From assembly GCF_018350175.1 (NCBI RefSeq), contig NC_058373.1:108998001-109062000 (forward strand): a DNA stretch of 64,000 nt, read 5' to 3'. Positions 13,996 to 26,691 of the stretch are shown in pieces (the first letter of the stretch is position 1; every line of letters starts with the position of its first letter). The notes under the pieces were generated by a model. The model was not told the origin of the DNA, did no database searches, and worked only from the letters and a program-made list of their open reading frames with translations. Made by a program: the position numbers and the translations under genes. This DNA is from Felis catus (lineage: Eukaryota).

Positions 13996-15234
13996 AAGTT
14001 TCTTTCATTGTCTATAAGACCCTCAATAGAAGAAACAATGCCTTTTAAAAGCCCAAACTGCCCAGCATCTAATAAAATACCTGGTACATGGTAGATACTC
14101 AGAAGTCTTCTTTGGATTGAAATATAAAACACATTTGCTGCCAGGGAAGGAGTTGGGGATATAATACCATCCAATAGAATCCCTAAGTGGAGGCTACCTA
14201 TCAGTGAATTTATATGCATATCCTGAGCTGAGACAGTCCTAGTACCATATTTCTACCAGCCAATACATGGGGAGAACTATTGTCAGCTGAGAGAACAATC
14301 AGGAAGTGATTCATCTACCCTAAAGGAGCATTTCTTATCTGGCCAATTAGAAAAGAAAATAAAGTTAGAGAAAGCAAAAGGGTGGAACAAAGAAGCAACT
14401 AACCAAAGATCTCATAGATTTCAGATTCCAGTGAGACACATGTAGAACGCCCATTACCAGAGTGAGTGATCAGTGGCTGTGGTGTAATCAGTAGCAGGCA
14501 TTTTGCAGAGCATCTGACAGGGACCTGAAGCTTCATTAGTACACTGGCTGATTAAAGGTGTAAAAGTGAGCTTGGAGTATTTACTGATGTATCAGGAAAC
14601 CCTAGCAAGGGCCCTGATAAAATAACTAAGCATCCCAGGGAGGACTTATGTGTGACAAGTATGGCATGGAACAACGCTCAGTGAGGATCTATAGGATTTA
14701 TGTAATGTAAGAAGAAAGGAAGCTAGACACTGCCAGAGCAGAGGAAGCCCTCGGGTAAAGAGTTTCACTAATTCCATAATTGGGAAATTAGCTTGCTCCT
14801 CTAATGAGGAAGGAAACTAATGTGAGAAATCTATTGTGGAAAATATATTATTTATAATATTTAATTTTGCTTGTGCTAAATGAATAGTGGAATGTGAAGT
14901 CTTCTCAATCCATAACGAGGGTCCATTTTGTTAACATATCTTTTGATTGTGAATCCTTCCCAGTACATAGACTATGGAGATGATATAGAAATTTAGTTAC
15001 AGATACAGATGGAGAGAGAGAGAGAGACATTTATAAATATTAATATAGTATTGGTATCAATATAGATATGGATGTAGATACGGCTACATGATAGATACGG
15101 CTATGAATATGGAGGTAGAGATACATGTTTGAACTAGGGAGGTACCTCCTGACTATCGCAGAATGGATTCAGGTGCCTAAGGGCACTTAAAAACAGGTAC
15201 ATAGTACTGTCAAAATGTCTACTTCACATTATGA

Positions 15235-15440
15235 ATATTTACAAATAAAGTGACCTGATTCCTGAGATTCATTCTAAAATATTATGGGGGAGAAAATAGG
15301 TGAGGCATAGATCAAATAAAACTAGCTAGCTATGAGTTGATCATTTTTGAAGCCAGGTGATGGATATGTAGATGCTGATTTTACTCAACTGTCTACTTTT
15401 GCATTCATTGAAATGTTTTTCCACAATTAAAAGTTGTTAA
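15235..15440 (+). mobile_element. Old L1M (L1MC/ME-like) 3' end
   Basis: atgagttgatcatttttgaagccaggtgatggatat...tctacttttgcattcattgaaatgtttttccacaattaaaag. Confidence 0.7.
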
Positions 15441-17567
15441 AAAGTGAAACTTTGTGTCTGCCTCAGAGCGCTGTATGTTAAAAGAGCATTTTATTAGGCA
15501 CTAAACTACATGGTAGAGAATACTAACTCAGAGAGGATGGGACCAGAGGCAGGATGTTGAAGGGTGAGCACACTTTGGATAGGCCGAGGAGTTGGGAGGG
15601 CATTTTAGGCAAGTGAAAGCAATGAGGAAAGGAAAAGAGGAGATCTATCGTTGAACGGTTTATAATAGTAACAGATGAGTGATACAGTATTGGATTAGGG
15701 AGATAGTTCTGAATTGCGAAAATCTTTGAGTGCTAAAAGTTCAGTTTCATATCTGCATAGTAAGAAATAGAAACCCACTGATGGTTTTTTGAGAAGAGGA
15801 AGAATATGAAGACATTTATTTTAAAGAAGATTAAACTGTTACAAGAAAATGAGGGGTGGATAGACTACTAACAGGAAGTCCTGCTAAAAAGCTAGTCAGT
15901 AGCCCCAGAGATGATGTGGTGAAGACCGAACTGGTGTGGAGGTTGGAAAGGAAGGGATGGATCAGAGGGAATATTTGAAGCAGGAATTAAATGATACAGT
16001 GTCCAGAGGTGAAGCCTAGGAATGCTCATAGTACCAAAGTAAAGAGAACATTAAAGATAAGTAAATCAAATTTTTATTTACAATAAGACAATTTTGGCAA
16101 GAAGTGGGGAGTTGATATGAGGTTTTAAACGATGACATGTTCAGATATTTTTTTTAAAAGATACACCTCCATTTAATTTTTCCAAAGTGAAGTTTTAGAA
16201 AGCCAGATTTTCCTTCTCACTCCATCTTTCTTCAAATAGAGAACAACATCTATAATTGATATTCAGCATGCATCCTATTTGTAGGCAGATATTCTGAATA
16301 ATACAAAAGTAAGTATGCGAGGACAGGGCTGCTCTATTAAAAGTTATACTTTTCCTGTATAGACAGGAAAAAAATCAAATGTACATTGTCACACACCCAC
16401 ACAAGAAGTCAATAGTCATGAAACCCCATTCTCTACTCATTACATAAGAACGGAAGGAACATCTCAATTGTCACTTAGTGCATCTGTACATCTACCTGAG
16501 TCTATTAAGATTGAGCATAAAAAGCAAGACGCTGGACTAAAAACCAGCATTAAAATACCCAAGTGAATTCAGTTTGGTATTTACAGAACGGAGTATATTT
16601 TATTCTAATAAGAAGCAGCTTAATGCAATTCAGAGTCCGAACAAACACAGTCCTACGCAGAGGATAAAGTGTAAGAGTGACAAGATGCCAACACATTATG
16701 ACAGCTCCTGTGCTGCCTGACCTGAAACATTTATGCATTTTCTAAAAGTGCGTAAAAAGCAAATTTTATCATTGCTCGCAGCACATCAACCCTACATTTT
16801 GAGTTTTTATTACCCATAATCCCACAGGCTCTGGTAAAATATCAAACTGAAGTTCATTAGTTAACATTTTAAAAGGACACGATTTTAAGATGCTTCCCCA
16901 GGTGTCCTGATTTCAGCAATTTTGCTTCATATGCCAAGTAGCGGACAAATCACTAGCCCTGAAAACAGCCAACACCGCTATTATTAACAATGAAATCCAC
17001 CCACAAATCGAACCAGTGCCAACCAGCCATTCTGAAATGCTGACGGCATCCCGGGGCTTTCCAGTGGTAGGGACTGGGGATGTGGGAAGCAGCTGTGACT
17101 TCCCTCACTACTTGCAGATGGTGAGGAGTTAGACTGTTTTCGTTGGTGCTCAGAAGGATGGGTCCTGATGGGAAAGCCACTAACTTCCACAGATGTACGC
17201 AGTGATGCAGTGATGCAGCAGTTAGTTCCAGATATTAGTTACAAACTGATCGTTTCATCCCCCACCTGCTTCTCTTCCTGAATTTTCTTTCTCAGATCAT
17301 TACATTACCATCTACCCAATGGTCCAAGCTAGAAACCTCCAAATTGGCTTTTTTCTCTACATTCCCCAAATCCAAAGTCAGAAAAGCTCTATTCTGTCCT
17401 TTCCGTGACTCATGCCTTCCCATTTCCCTCTGGATTATTACCAGAGGACTTGATCAGGCTTATGTTTGGCCATATAATTAATTGCTAATAGAGGATTCTA
17501 TATTTAATAAATGATTAGATGGCACATTACAGACTTGTTGCTAGAAGATTTAAAAAGTATTAATTTA

Positions 17568-17772
17568 GGGGGCACCGGGGTGGGTGGCTTCATTGGTTGA
17601 GCATCCGACTTCAGCTCAGGTCACGATCTAGTGGTCGGTGAGTTCAAACCCTGCAACGGGCTCTGTGCTGACAGCTCAGAGCCTGGAGCCTGCTTTGGAT
17701 TCTGTGTCTCCCTCTCCACCCCTCCCCTGCTCATGCTCTGTCTTTCTCAAAAAATAAATAAACATTAAAAAA
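17568..17772 (+). mobile_element. CanSINE
   Basis: gggggcacc...ttcagctcaggtcacgatc...gacagctcagagcctggagcc...aataaataaacattaaaaa; degenerate TSD. Confidence 0.95.
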
Positions 17773-18939
17773 ACTATCATTTAGAAGTTAGAAATAAAAT
17801 TAGCAATTAGAATCATTTCAATTTGGTGCTTAAATTCAGATTCAGTATTCATAGGGCTGTTGTATAAGTTTTTAATGAAATATTCCAAATATTTCACAAA
17901 ACACTAATTTCGTATTGAAAAGTATACTGATATACTTAAGTGGCTAGCAGAGGATACAAGGATTCTCCTCTCCTGTTGTTTACAAACATGTCCTAGATTC
18001 ATCTCCCAGTATGCATTTGCAAATGTTGGAAATCTGAGTTCTTAAGAGATTTATTTTCAGAAAATTAATATATCATCTTTGATTTTCAATTTGGAAGTTG
18101 ATATGGGCAGTGAGCTATTTCCTTTTCTGCCATAGAAACAAATTGTTCCTCACAAAACGCGAACTCAATGTTTTGAAGAATTTACTCAGATCTAGCTTTG
18201 ATGGGGGCCCTATTGATTACACTGTCCCTCTCCACCAAGGCCACTGTTAGCAGCCTTGTCAGGGGGCAGACCTATTGCTACATGACAAACAGTCACCTTG
18301 GAGACACAGCAAGAGCAGCTCCATCCAGTGCCCTTTTCTTTAGTTCTTCACTTTGAAAGCCACTTATACTTGAATGTATTATTTAACGTGGTGAAAAATG
18401 CATTGCTCTTCCAAACCTTCAGAGCTCAAATAGGTTTAAAAAGCTCCGGAAACCTTTCTAAAACTAAAATAACCCTGCCCTTGGAAGAAAGATGCACAGT
18501 GTTCATATCAGGATTATCAGCAGTGGGCCTGGATAAGTAAAACAACTAAATAAACAATTTTATGAAATTTGGTGGTGTGATGCCCCTCCCGCTCATTCAA
18601 GAGGCTTAAAAGGGCCTCGTATGTCATAAACCAATTATCCTCCCATCATGCTTGAAAGAAGTACAAAATTGCTGTAGCCATGGCCTCAGAGGTGGTGTTA
18701 AATCCTAGACATACAGTAACTGTGGCAAAGAGAAGTGAAATAACTTGATCCAGCTTAAGGCACAAAGACTAAAATAGAGTTGACCAGATGTCCAATTTCC
18801 TGATGAATGGAATAAAGTGACCCAGCTGACTAAATCAGAGATTGCCAACTCAATTAGGTCATTTAAACAAGACCTAAAGAATGTATATGTAATTTTTCAA
18901 CACACCTTGTTAGCTATAGACTGGAAGCACAGATGGGAA

Positions 18940-19520
18940 GAAAGAAAGGGGTTTGGTATCTGCACTATGCCAGCTTCTCTTCTCTGTGTGGTTCTGGGCC
19001 AGGGCTGACCACAAGGAAAATGTATGAGAGAAATAGACTCCAAAAGTGAGTCAGGAGTCTTGTTTACCTTGGCAGGTCAGTGCAATGTCGGAGGCTACTG
19101 CAGCTCACGTTTGTTGTTGCAGATATGCTGGTTCACCTTGTTGGTTTATGTCTGATCTCCTCCCTGGGCTTCTCCAACTCCTTGGTCAAGTGCATTGTTA
19201 GGATTCTAAACGAGTGTCAGCTTCTCCTGTAGGTCACCTGTGTCATCAAAATTATAGGACTGGATTGGGGGTGGTTGAAAGACCAACTCAGTTTCCAGCT
19301 TATCTTCCTGGACTTTTGTTTGCCCTTCCTTTCCTCCCCTTCATACCCATCTCTCCTTTCTAGCTCCCCACTCCCTTCAGGCCAGCACCAGATGCAAAAG
19401 CAATAGTGGTCCATAAATTATTTAACCTCCCCATTTGTACAATGTCAACTCCTTCTAATAAATTGCTGTTCTGCCTCATTCCTGATGGTTTTGCTGTTCT
19501 GACCAAATCCTGAGTGACAC
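18940..19520 (+). mobile_element. Probable old ERVL-type solo LTR
   Basis: Ends with ccttctaataaattgc...ctgaccaaatcctgagtgacaca (LTR-like poly(A) signal and terminal CA); family not resolved. Confidence 0.4.
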
Positions 19521-20132
19521 AGAAGGGATTCAAGGCCCTGTGACAGGTGTGTTGCTATACATTGTCCAATCAAACCCTCACACAACTTAATTTTTAAGTG
19601 AATGAGAAGGAAAAAAAAAATGTGAAGTGCCTAAAGCCACAAAAGTTTCCATGGCACTAAATTCAAGATTTATGTTATTTTCTGTGTCATACAGCTTGAT
19701 GAAGTTTCCTTCCTCCCATTCGGAGCACATTAAACATTGATCGTAAGAATTTCGGTGACAAGGTAAAGATTCAAAACAAAGAAGCAAGCTAGAATGATAG
19801 GGCCAGAAGGAAATAAATTAGCTAGATTAGGGCAGAGCTGAGAAGCAGATAGTAAACATCAAAAGTAAGGGTCTGGAATAAGGTCTCACTTTTTGGGTAC
19901 CAAAGATTCACAGTAAGATTTTCCAGGAAGACAATGTAGAGGAAGAGCTAAGATTGGGGCAAGCAATAAACCAGAAAAGGACCAGAAGATGCCAAGGTCA
20001 ACCAAGGTAGAAGGTCTAGAAGTTTGGAAACCAGGATATCAAACATTTTGTGAGCACCTGTTTTAGTAAAGGTAAATTTGGATGCCATGTAATGCAAAAA
20101 ACAGAGCCAAGTCAAAAAGTAAACCCATTGTT

Positions 20133-20285
20133 GAGAACCAGACTGCAGGGACTGAAGGTAAAGGAAGAATGTTCAGGAAGAACAGATTCAGAAAATGGTC
20201 TTTTCTGTGAGGTCTTAGCTTCTGGTTGAGCTAAGAGCCATTCTCAGTGGAGCTTGACCTAAGCCCATACCTGATATTGAGATTT
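20133..20285 (+). repeat. Direct repeat copy 1 (153 bp)
   Basis: Near-identical to 21383-21533. Confidence 0.95.
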
Positions 20286-20995
20286 GGGTACAAAGAGCAA
20301 AATGGAAATCCAGTCAGTCATGAGGATTCAAGCTCAAAGCCAGACTGGAGGCAAGTCAGGGTGACACAGGGTTGAACAACGAAGCGTTTGCCTTGAGGGT
20401 CTGCCCCTTCTTGCCAGGAGTCAGTTTGGTGCCATCAGTACTGCATACTGAGGTCAAGTGATTCATCAGCTAGGAAGAGCCAGGTAACCATAAGGGGTGA
20501 CGAACTGTGAAGCTTGAAAAACAACTGTATGTGAGTAGGTGTATAACTATAAATAAATCCTAAAACTCAAATTTGATAATTAAAGATTTATCTGAGTTTT
20601 ATTTATATGATTGTTATGTGTAATATTTGTATATATGATGTATGGCATATGTAACAGGGAGAATATATATACTCTCTATACATGTAAGGAAGCTAGGTTG
20701 ACCCCATTTTCATGACAATTATATTTAGTAGAGTTGAGTATAGGTTAAACTCTATTCAGTGAGTAACTGAAGGTTCTCAATTCAGAGAACTATTTGTTCT
20801 TCCTAAACTGATTACACTGGGGTAAAGATAATTTATACACATTATTTACATAAGTACTATTTTTCCTTTCAGTAGTCACAAAGATCAATTATCTCACATT
20901 AAGTTGTGTTTTTCCAATTTCTTAAAATTTCATATTTTTTTGCCACAAACACGTAGATAGGCAATTACATTGATTAAATGTGACTTTGGGGTTCT

Positions 20996-21180
20996 GGGGC
21001 ACCCGGATGGCTCAGTTGGTTAAGCATCCGACTTTGGCTCAGATCATGATCTCATAGCTCATGAGTTCAAGCCCTGCATTGGGCTCTGTGCTGACAGCTC
21101 AGAGTCTGGAGCCTGCTTCAGATTCTGTGTTCCCCTCTCTTTCTTACCCTCCCCCCCCAAAAAAAATAAACATTAAAAAA
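20996..21180 (+). mobile_element. CanSINE
   Basis: ggggcacccggatggctcagttggttaagc...aataaacattaaaaaa. Confidence 0.95.
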
Positions 21181-21296
21181 TATTTTTTTAATTGGCCTTG
21201 GGATTCTAGTACTTCTGGAATTCACACAATGGAAATGCAAAGCTAATGAGTCCACAAATGTGTATATGGCTGCTACCACCCTCTTCCCATGCACAA

Positions 21297-21299
<3 letters not shown>

Positions 21300-21371
<72 letters not shown>

Positions 21372-21386
21372 AGAGAGAGAGAGAGA
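21300..21386. repeat. Compound (TA)n(GA)n microsatellite
   Basis: About 34 TA units followed by about 8 GA units. Confidence 0.97.
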
Positions 21387-21533
21387 ATCAGACTGCAGGG
21401 ACTAAAGGAAAAGGAAGAATGTTCAGGAAGACAGATTCAGGAAATGGTCTTTTCTTGAGGTCTTAGCTTCTGGTTGAGCTAAGAGCCATTCTCAGTGGAG
21501 CGTGATCTAAGCCCATGCCTGATATTGAGATTT
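21383..21533 (+). repeat. Direct repeat copy 2 (151 bp)
   Basis: Near-identical to 20133-20285; flanked on both sides by TA/GA simple repeats. Confidence 0.95.
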
Positions 21534-22960
21534 AGATTTATTATATTATATATTATATATAATATGTAATATAGAAAGAGAGAGAGAGAGGGAAGTATGA
21601 GAGGACTCTCATACCTGCTATTTATAGCCAGAAAGGAAATGTTTAAAAAGCAATAATGATAGTTTTCTGACTGCCATTAGATTATTAGATCCCCTTCTTA
21701 ACACTAAAAACTTCTGTAAATACAGATCCTCAAAACTCAGCAAATAAAAACTCCCACTGCCACAACATGATAAAGCTTGCAAAAGGAATTGACATCAGCA
21801 ATATTGGCTTAGGTCCCAATTTGGTAATGATTCATTTTAATATCCTCTGTCTTGCTGAATTATTACACTTTTATTTGCTCACTATGTCCTAACCAGCAAG
21901 AAAGCTATTAACATGATACTCATGCATGTTCCTGTCTCTAGATATTCTATTTTCTGTTCTCCTTCACTGGAGGTAACAGCTTTAAAATGAATATTAGATC
22001 ATTATACTTTCATCTATGTATAATTGTAATCCATTTAATATGGACCAGAAAAACCTGTCCTCTTGTCGAGCTACAAGCAGAGAAGTATTTTTATGTTTCT
22101 CAGTCCTGAAGCTTGGTGTAACAATAGAGAATTGGAGTAAGCGGATTTCCAGAGGGAATGTGGGGATGAATCGCATCATGGCCAGCATTATCCATTATCC
22201 TCAGGCTCACTGGTAGATCGAAGAAACTATTGTTCTCACAGGGAGCTTCAGAAAGAAACATTTATAGTAAAAGTTCTGATCCCATGAAGATGATTTATAT
22301 TGCTATTTGAAAGAGATATGTGTGGGCGTGGGGTGTGTGTGACTGGGTGCTATGCACCAAAAAGTACTCACTTGACCTAAATTATTTTCAGTTATGTGCA
22401 AGGGCAGAGGAGATGCTAATTTGAGCTACTAGGGATATTCAACAAGCAGATCACTGCCAAGGCCAGTGATGGGAGAGGTCTCTCCTGGTGGAGCAATAAG
22501 GGGAATCTTTGACCCTCAAGAATTACAAAGAAACCAACTAAAAACAAATCTACATTTTATTAGCACCATTAATGGACAATTCCTAAAACGTTGATGATAA
22601 TTATATATCTCAAAACATTTTTTTGTTCATCTAAGTTTAAATATATTCTACATTATTATTGTTTTAATTATATATATAAATATAAAGAATATATTATAAT
22701 TGTTTTTATTTGTTTACAATTTAAAAGAGTAAAACAAAGTATGAACTGTGAGATATGTTTTTCTTTGGTAAGTGCAAATTTTAGTTCATAGCTAAACTGG
22801 TTTAGTGAATTTGAATAATTATTTTCAGTTAGTTTTTTATCTTTCACTTTTAATTTTTAATGGTTATAAAACTAAAGAAAGAATCTGTAAATAATTATTT
22901 TTTTGATCATCGTATTAATATTATCATAAATATTTTTGCCCAAAAGAGGAAGAAGGTGTT

Positions 22961-22962
<2 letters not shown>

Positions 22963-23010
<48 letters not shown>

Positions 23011-23026
23011 ACATATACACACATAC
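22963..23026. repeat. (CA)n microsatellite
   Basis: Perfect run, then degenerate CA/TA. Confidence 0.95.
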
Positions 23027-23616
23027 ATGTGTGGTCTGCTCTGGGGCTCAAATACTGACTAAAGTAGGCAAGGTTCTGGGACTGGTTTGTAAAGTGTGTC
23101 AGTCACTCCAGAGAAATAAAATTGAACCAGCTTGGAAAGGGCCCTCAGAGGCATAAATGTGATCAGTTCTGTATGTCATGAGTAAGTTATCATGTTTAAT
23201 AGTTAGCCTGTCCCAAATGATCAATAATTTGATCTTTGTATAGGGAAGATCTAAGATTGCTTGAAATAATAATCTTTGCTCACTGCATTTCATGGTAGGG
23301 AACAAATCAGAATTATGCACCCTGAGAAACCCTGGCTGGGATTCTGGTTGAGGGAAATTTATATGGCTGCTTTGTGAAGGCCATGTAGTGTGGTTCAAAG
23401 ATGCTCTGCAGCCCAGAGAAAAAGGCGAAGAGTTACCTACTTGCCAAAACCCTTGCTTGAATGCTGATTGAGTGGTACCAAGGAATCCAAATGAGTTATG
23501 CCCTCTTTAGTTTTCATCTCCATCTCAGCTTGATGTGTTTTCATTTTTTTTCTGGAGTAGAATATATACTAAGCAACTAATAAGAACTGATCTTTGAAAA
23601 ACAATTGTGTTCTTTT

Positions 23617-23854
23617 ATTTTTTTATTTTTATTTTTTTTTTAATTTTTTTTCAACTTTTATTTATTTTTGGGACAGAGAGAGAGAGAGCATGAACGGGGG
23701 AGGGGCAGAGAGAGAGGGAGACACAGAATCGGAAACAGGCTCCAGGCTCTGAACCATCAGCCCAGAGCCTGACACGGGGCTCGAACTCACGGACTGCGAG
23801 ATGGTGACCTGGCTGAAGTCGGACGCTTAACCGACTGCGCCACCCAGGCGCCCC
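23617..23854 (-). mobile_element. Young felid SINE (SINEC_Fc) with TSD
   Basis: CpG-rich ggctgaagtcggacgcttaaccgactgcgccacccaggcgcccc; TSD aattgtgttctttt at 23603-23616 and 23856-23869. Confidence 0.97.
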
Positions 23855-25374
23855 TAATTGTGTTCTTTTATTAGAAATTAATTATCAGCCTTGAATGAGG
23901 GTATAAAAATGCTGGGCATTCCTGCCACACAAAGGATATAAAACTAGAGCCAATACAAGATTCAGGAGTTTTTCAGTTTGTTTTTGATGTTGCTTTATTT
24001 AATGATAAGTAATCTGCAAATACAGCCACTATTGATTGGCTCATTAATAGGCATGGCTACTAGGATAATCCTAAAGCATTTCATTTTATATTTACATGTA
24101 CATTTCTATATAGGAGTGTGTGATATTCTAGGAAAAGACAAAGTTCAAATGCGAGTCATGATCAGAGTTGAGTAGAACAAACTATGTTATTTTGTCCCTT
24201 TCTTTCATTTTCTGTGCTTCTAGTCTCCATGTTTCTACACACAAGTAGAAGAAGTAGAAAGATGATGAAAAGGCTTTTTAAAAAAGATCTTTTCTCATGT
24301 GCCACCTAAGGTTCAGAAAGCATCTCAAGTCTTTCTTGGTTATTGACGTAGTGTTTATAGCAAATGCTATCCTTAACCTTCATTTTTTACTCATCAAATA
24401 AATCAATAGGAGGTAAAGAAGTACCTCACCAAAGGTGAAATAGCACTCTCCTAGTGGATAATATGCCACAGAGATCATATTTACAGATATTAAAAACACA
24501 GCAAGGAGAATGACACTTTCTACCCACAGTCTAGCACATTTTTTAATAGTTGCTATTTGTATAGTAATGTCTCCCTTAATGACAATGGAAAGAGTTTCAC
24601 TATTAATCTGTCTTTAGACAAGGTTTCAACCTTGTTGCTTCTCATCATCGCAAGAGCAAATATTATGAGAAAAAATTTGAGATTACTTAAAACTTTTTTC
24701 ACTTAGAAATGTCTTTCCCTGTGTATTTTCTTGCATTTCTCTCATTTTTGTCTTGTCTCTTGACATTACGCCAGCTCGCCAGGGGATGCATCCAACTAAA
24801 TTACATAGGATTTCTTATGCAGTGCTAGTGTCCAATTAATAGTAATGGCATTCCCATGCCAAAAGGACACATGCAGAGTTCACAGTTTACCATCCAATGC
24901 TTTCCCCTGAGCAAGCTGCAATGATCCTTCCCTCTGCTCCTCCTCCTCTCTCTCCTCCTACTGCCTCTCCTTGTCTGACCTCAGATACCTTCTGCCTGTT
25001 TTCCTAATATATATACATCAAATGCGGTCTTATTTTCAAAGCCCTCTGGTATTTCACAGCTGCCCCTCATATTCCTCATTCTAGTTTCTCCTTGAAGACT
25101 CATGATTTGGAGGTAGTATATCCTAAACTATTAGATTGTGATAATAACTTCCATAGATTGGGTGCAAAAATCACTAGTAGGACTAATACCCAAAGATACT
25201 TCATCTCTACTGAAGCAGAGAAAACAACCTGTCTAACCATTAGGTATTCAAAATGGAAAATGGAAAGTTTCTTTAAAGCAAGAAGTAAACCCAGGGAATT
25301 ACTGCTATTTTATGTACAACTTGTTGAATATTTATGAATACCCCTGAAGAGGAGATAATAAATAATCTTAGAGA

Positions 25375-25585
25375 AGTTATATAAGACTCTGAAGTTAGAC
25401 TGACAAGGTCAAATTATGACTCTGTCATTGTACTAGCTAGGTAACCTCAGACAAGTGACCTACCATTTCTGTACCTTGGTTTTCTCTTCTATAAAAGTAG
25501 GATTATAGGGTTGTTGTAGAATTAAATTGGTTAATATTTGTAAAGCACTTAAAATCACACCAGGTATATATACAAATACTGCTTT
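25375..25585 (+). mobile_element. MIR
   Basis: tactagctaggtaacctcagacaagt...ttggttttctcttctataaaag...gttgttgtagaattaaatt...tgtaaagcactta. Confidence 0.8.
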
Positions 25586-26659
25586 GATATAGTGTGAATC
25601 TTATTCTCATAAAGTCACTAGGTAGATAGACAGCAAAGGAGAAGTTACTACTTCTTCAGTGAGAATCATGGTCATTATCACAGAGGAATGGACCCAGAAC
25701 AATTAGAATGAGAGAGCATCAGTGTGCATAAGACCAATTATATTGTAATACTTCATATAAGAGAAAATGGGAGCCTGACTCAGAGTAACAGCCATGGGGT
25801 CAAATTAGGAACAACTTTAAGACATGGTGAAGAAAGAATCTACAGAATGTGGCAATTGACCGAATAGGTGAAGTGAGAGAGCAGGAGGAATTGACAGTAA
25901 CAAGATATTGGCCTCAACATCTGAGAGAATGAGTATCGCTTAAGTGCACAGAGCATTTGGGGCACTTGACACTTTGGACTGGGTAATGAAACACTGGGAA
26001 ATTTGTCAGCAAACAGCAAAACCATTACAAACGCCTGGAATTTGAGGGCAGGGACATGTAATTGGGAGGAGAATGCCAAGATCAAGGCAGGGATGTAGGC
26101 AGGTAACCAAGTCCAGGACTCAGGTTTAAGGAATGAGAAAGTTGAACCAAGGAAGGTCATGGTCAAGGAATACTAACTGGGACACAAAGTCAGGGAAGAA
26201 TCTTAGGTGACCTCCACCTGTCTCCTGGGGCATTTGATTAGAGCTTTCCAAATCTCTCTTGCCAAAAGCCAAGATTTATCCTAGATGCTAGGACGTCATC
26301 ATCATAATGTAGGAGTTCAACTAAGAAGGACAGAAGAATGAAGAATCTGGAAAATAGGAGAAGTTTTATTACCTTAAAGTCCTGAAGAGGAACTGAAGAA
26401 TTTGAAGAGAAGGATGTTTCTACATTTTTTGATGATCCATAATAGAGGGGTTCAAGTGAAAATGGAGATGGAGAAACAAAGTTATCAATTACAACTTATA
26501 AACAACTACTCTGAAGTATGCAAAGGTCATTGATGGAGAAAGTAGGAAATTCATAGAATAAAATATCTGGGAAAGGAGTCAGAACATACTCAGATATCTC
26601 TCTACAGATACACAGAGATTTGATCAATTGAACTTTGTATTTCAGCTTAAGAAGAAATA

Positions 26660-26664
<5 letters not shown>

Positions 26665-26690
<26 letters not shown>
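26665..26690. repeat. (CA)n microsatellite
   Basis: About 13 units. Confidence 0.9.

Positions 26691-26691
<1 letters not shown>

Noticed and set aside
13728..14219. 163 aa minus-strand ORF (also the 137 aa ORF at 41-454 and the 147 aa ORF at 63094-63537)
   Set aside because: Ser/Leu/Phe-biased or low-complexity translations, partly over L2-like DNA; no recognisable domain or exon structure.
21246..21466. ORFs with (YI)n, and similar (HT)n or (CV)n ORFs elsewhere
   Set aside because: Products of dinucleotide microsatellites.
21618..21627. Perfect MEF2 consensus ctatttatag
   Set aside because: A single 10-mer in AT-rich DNA with no supporting context.
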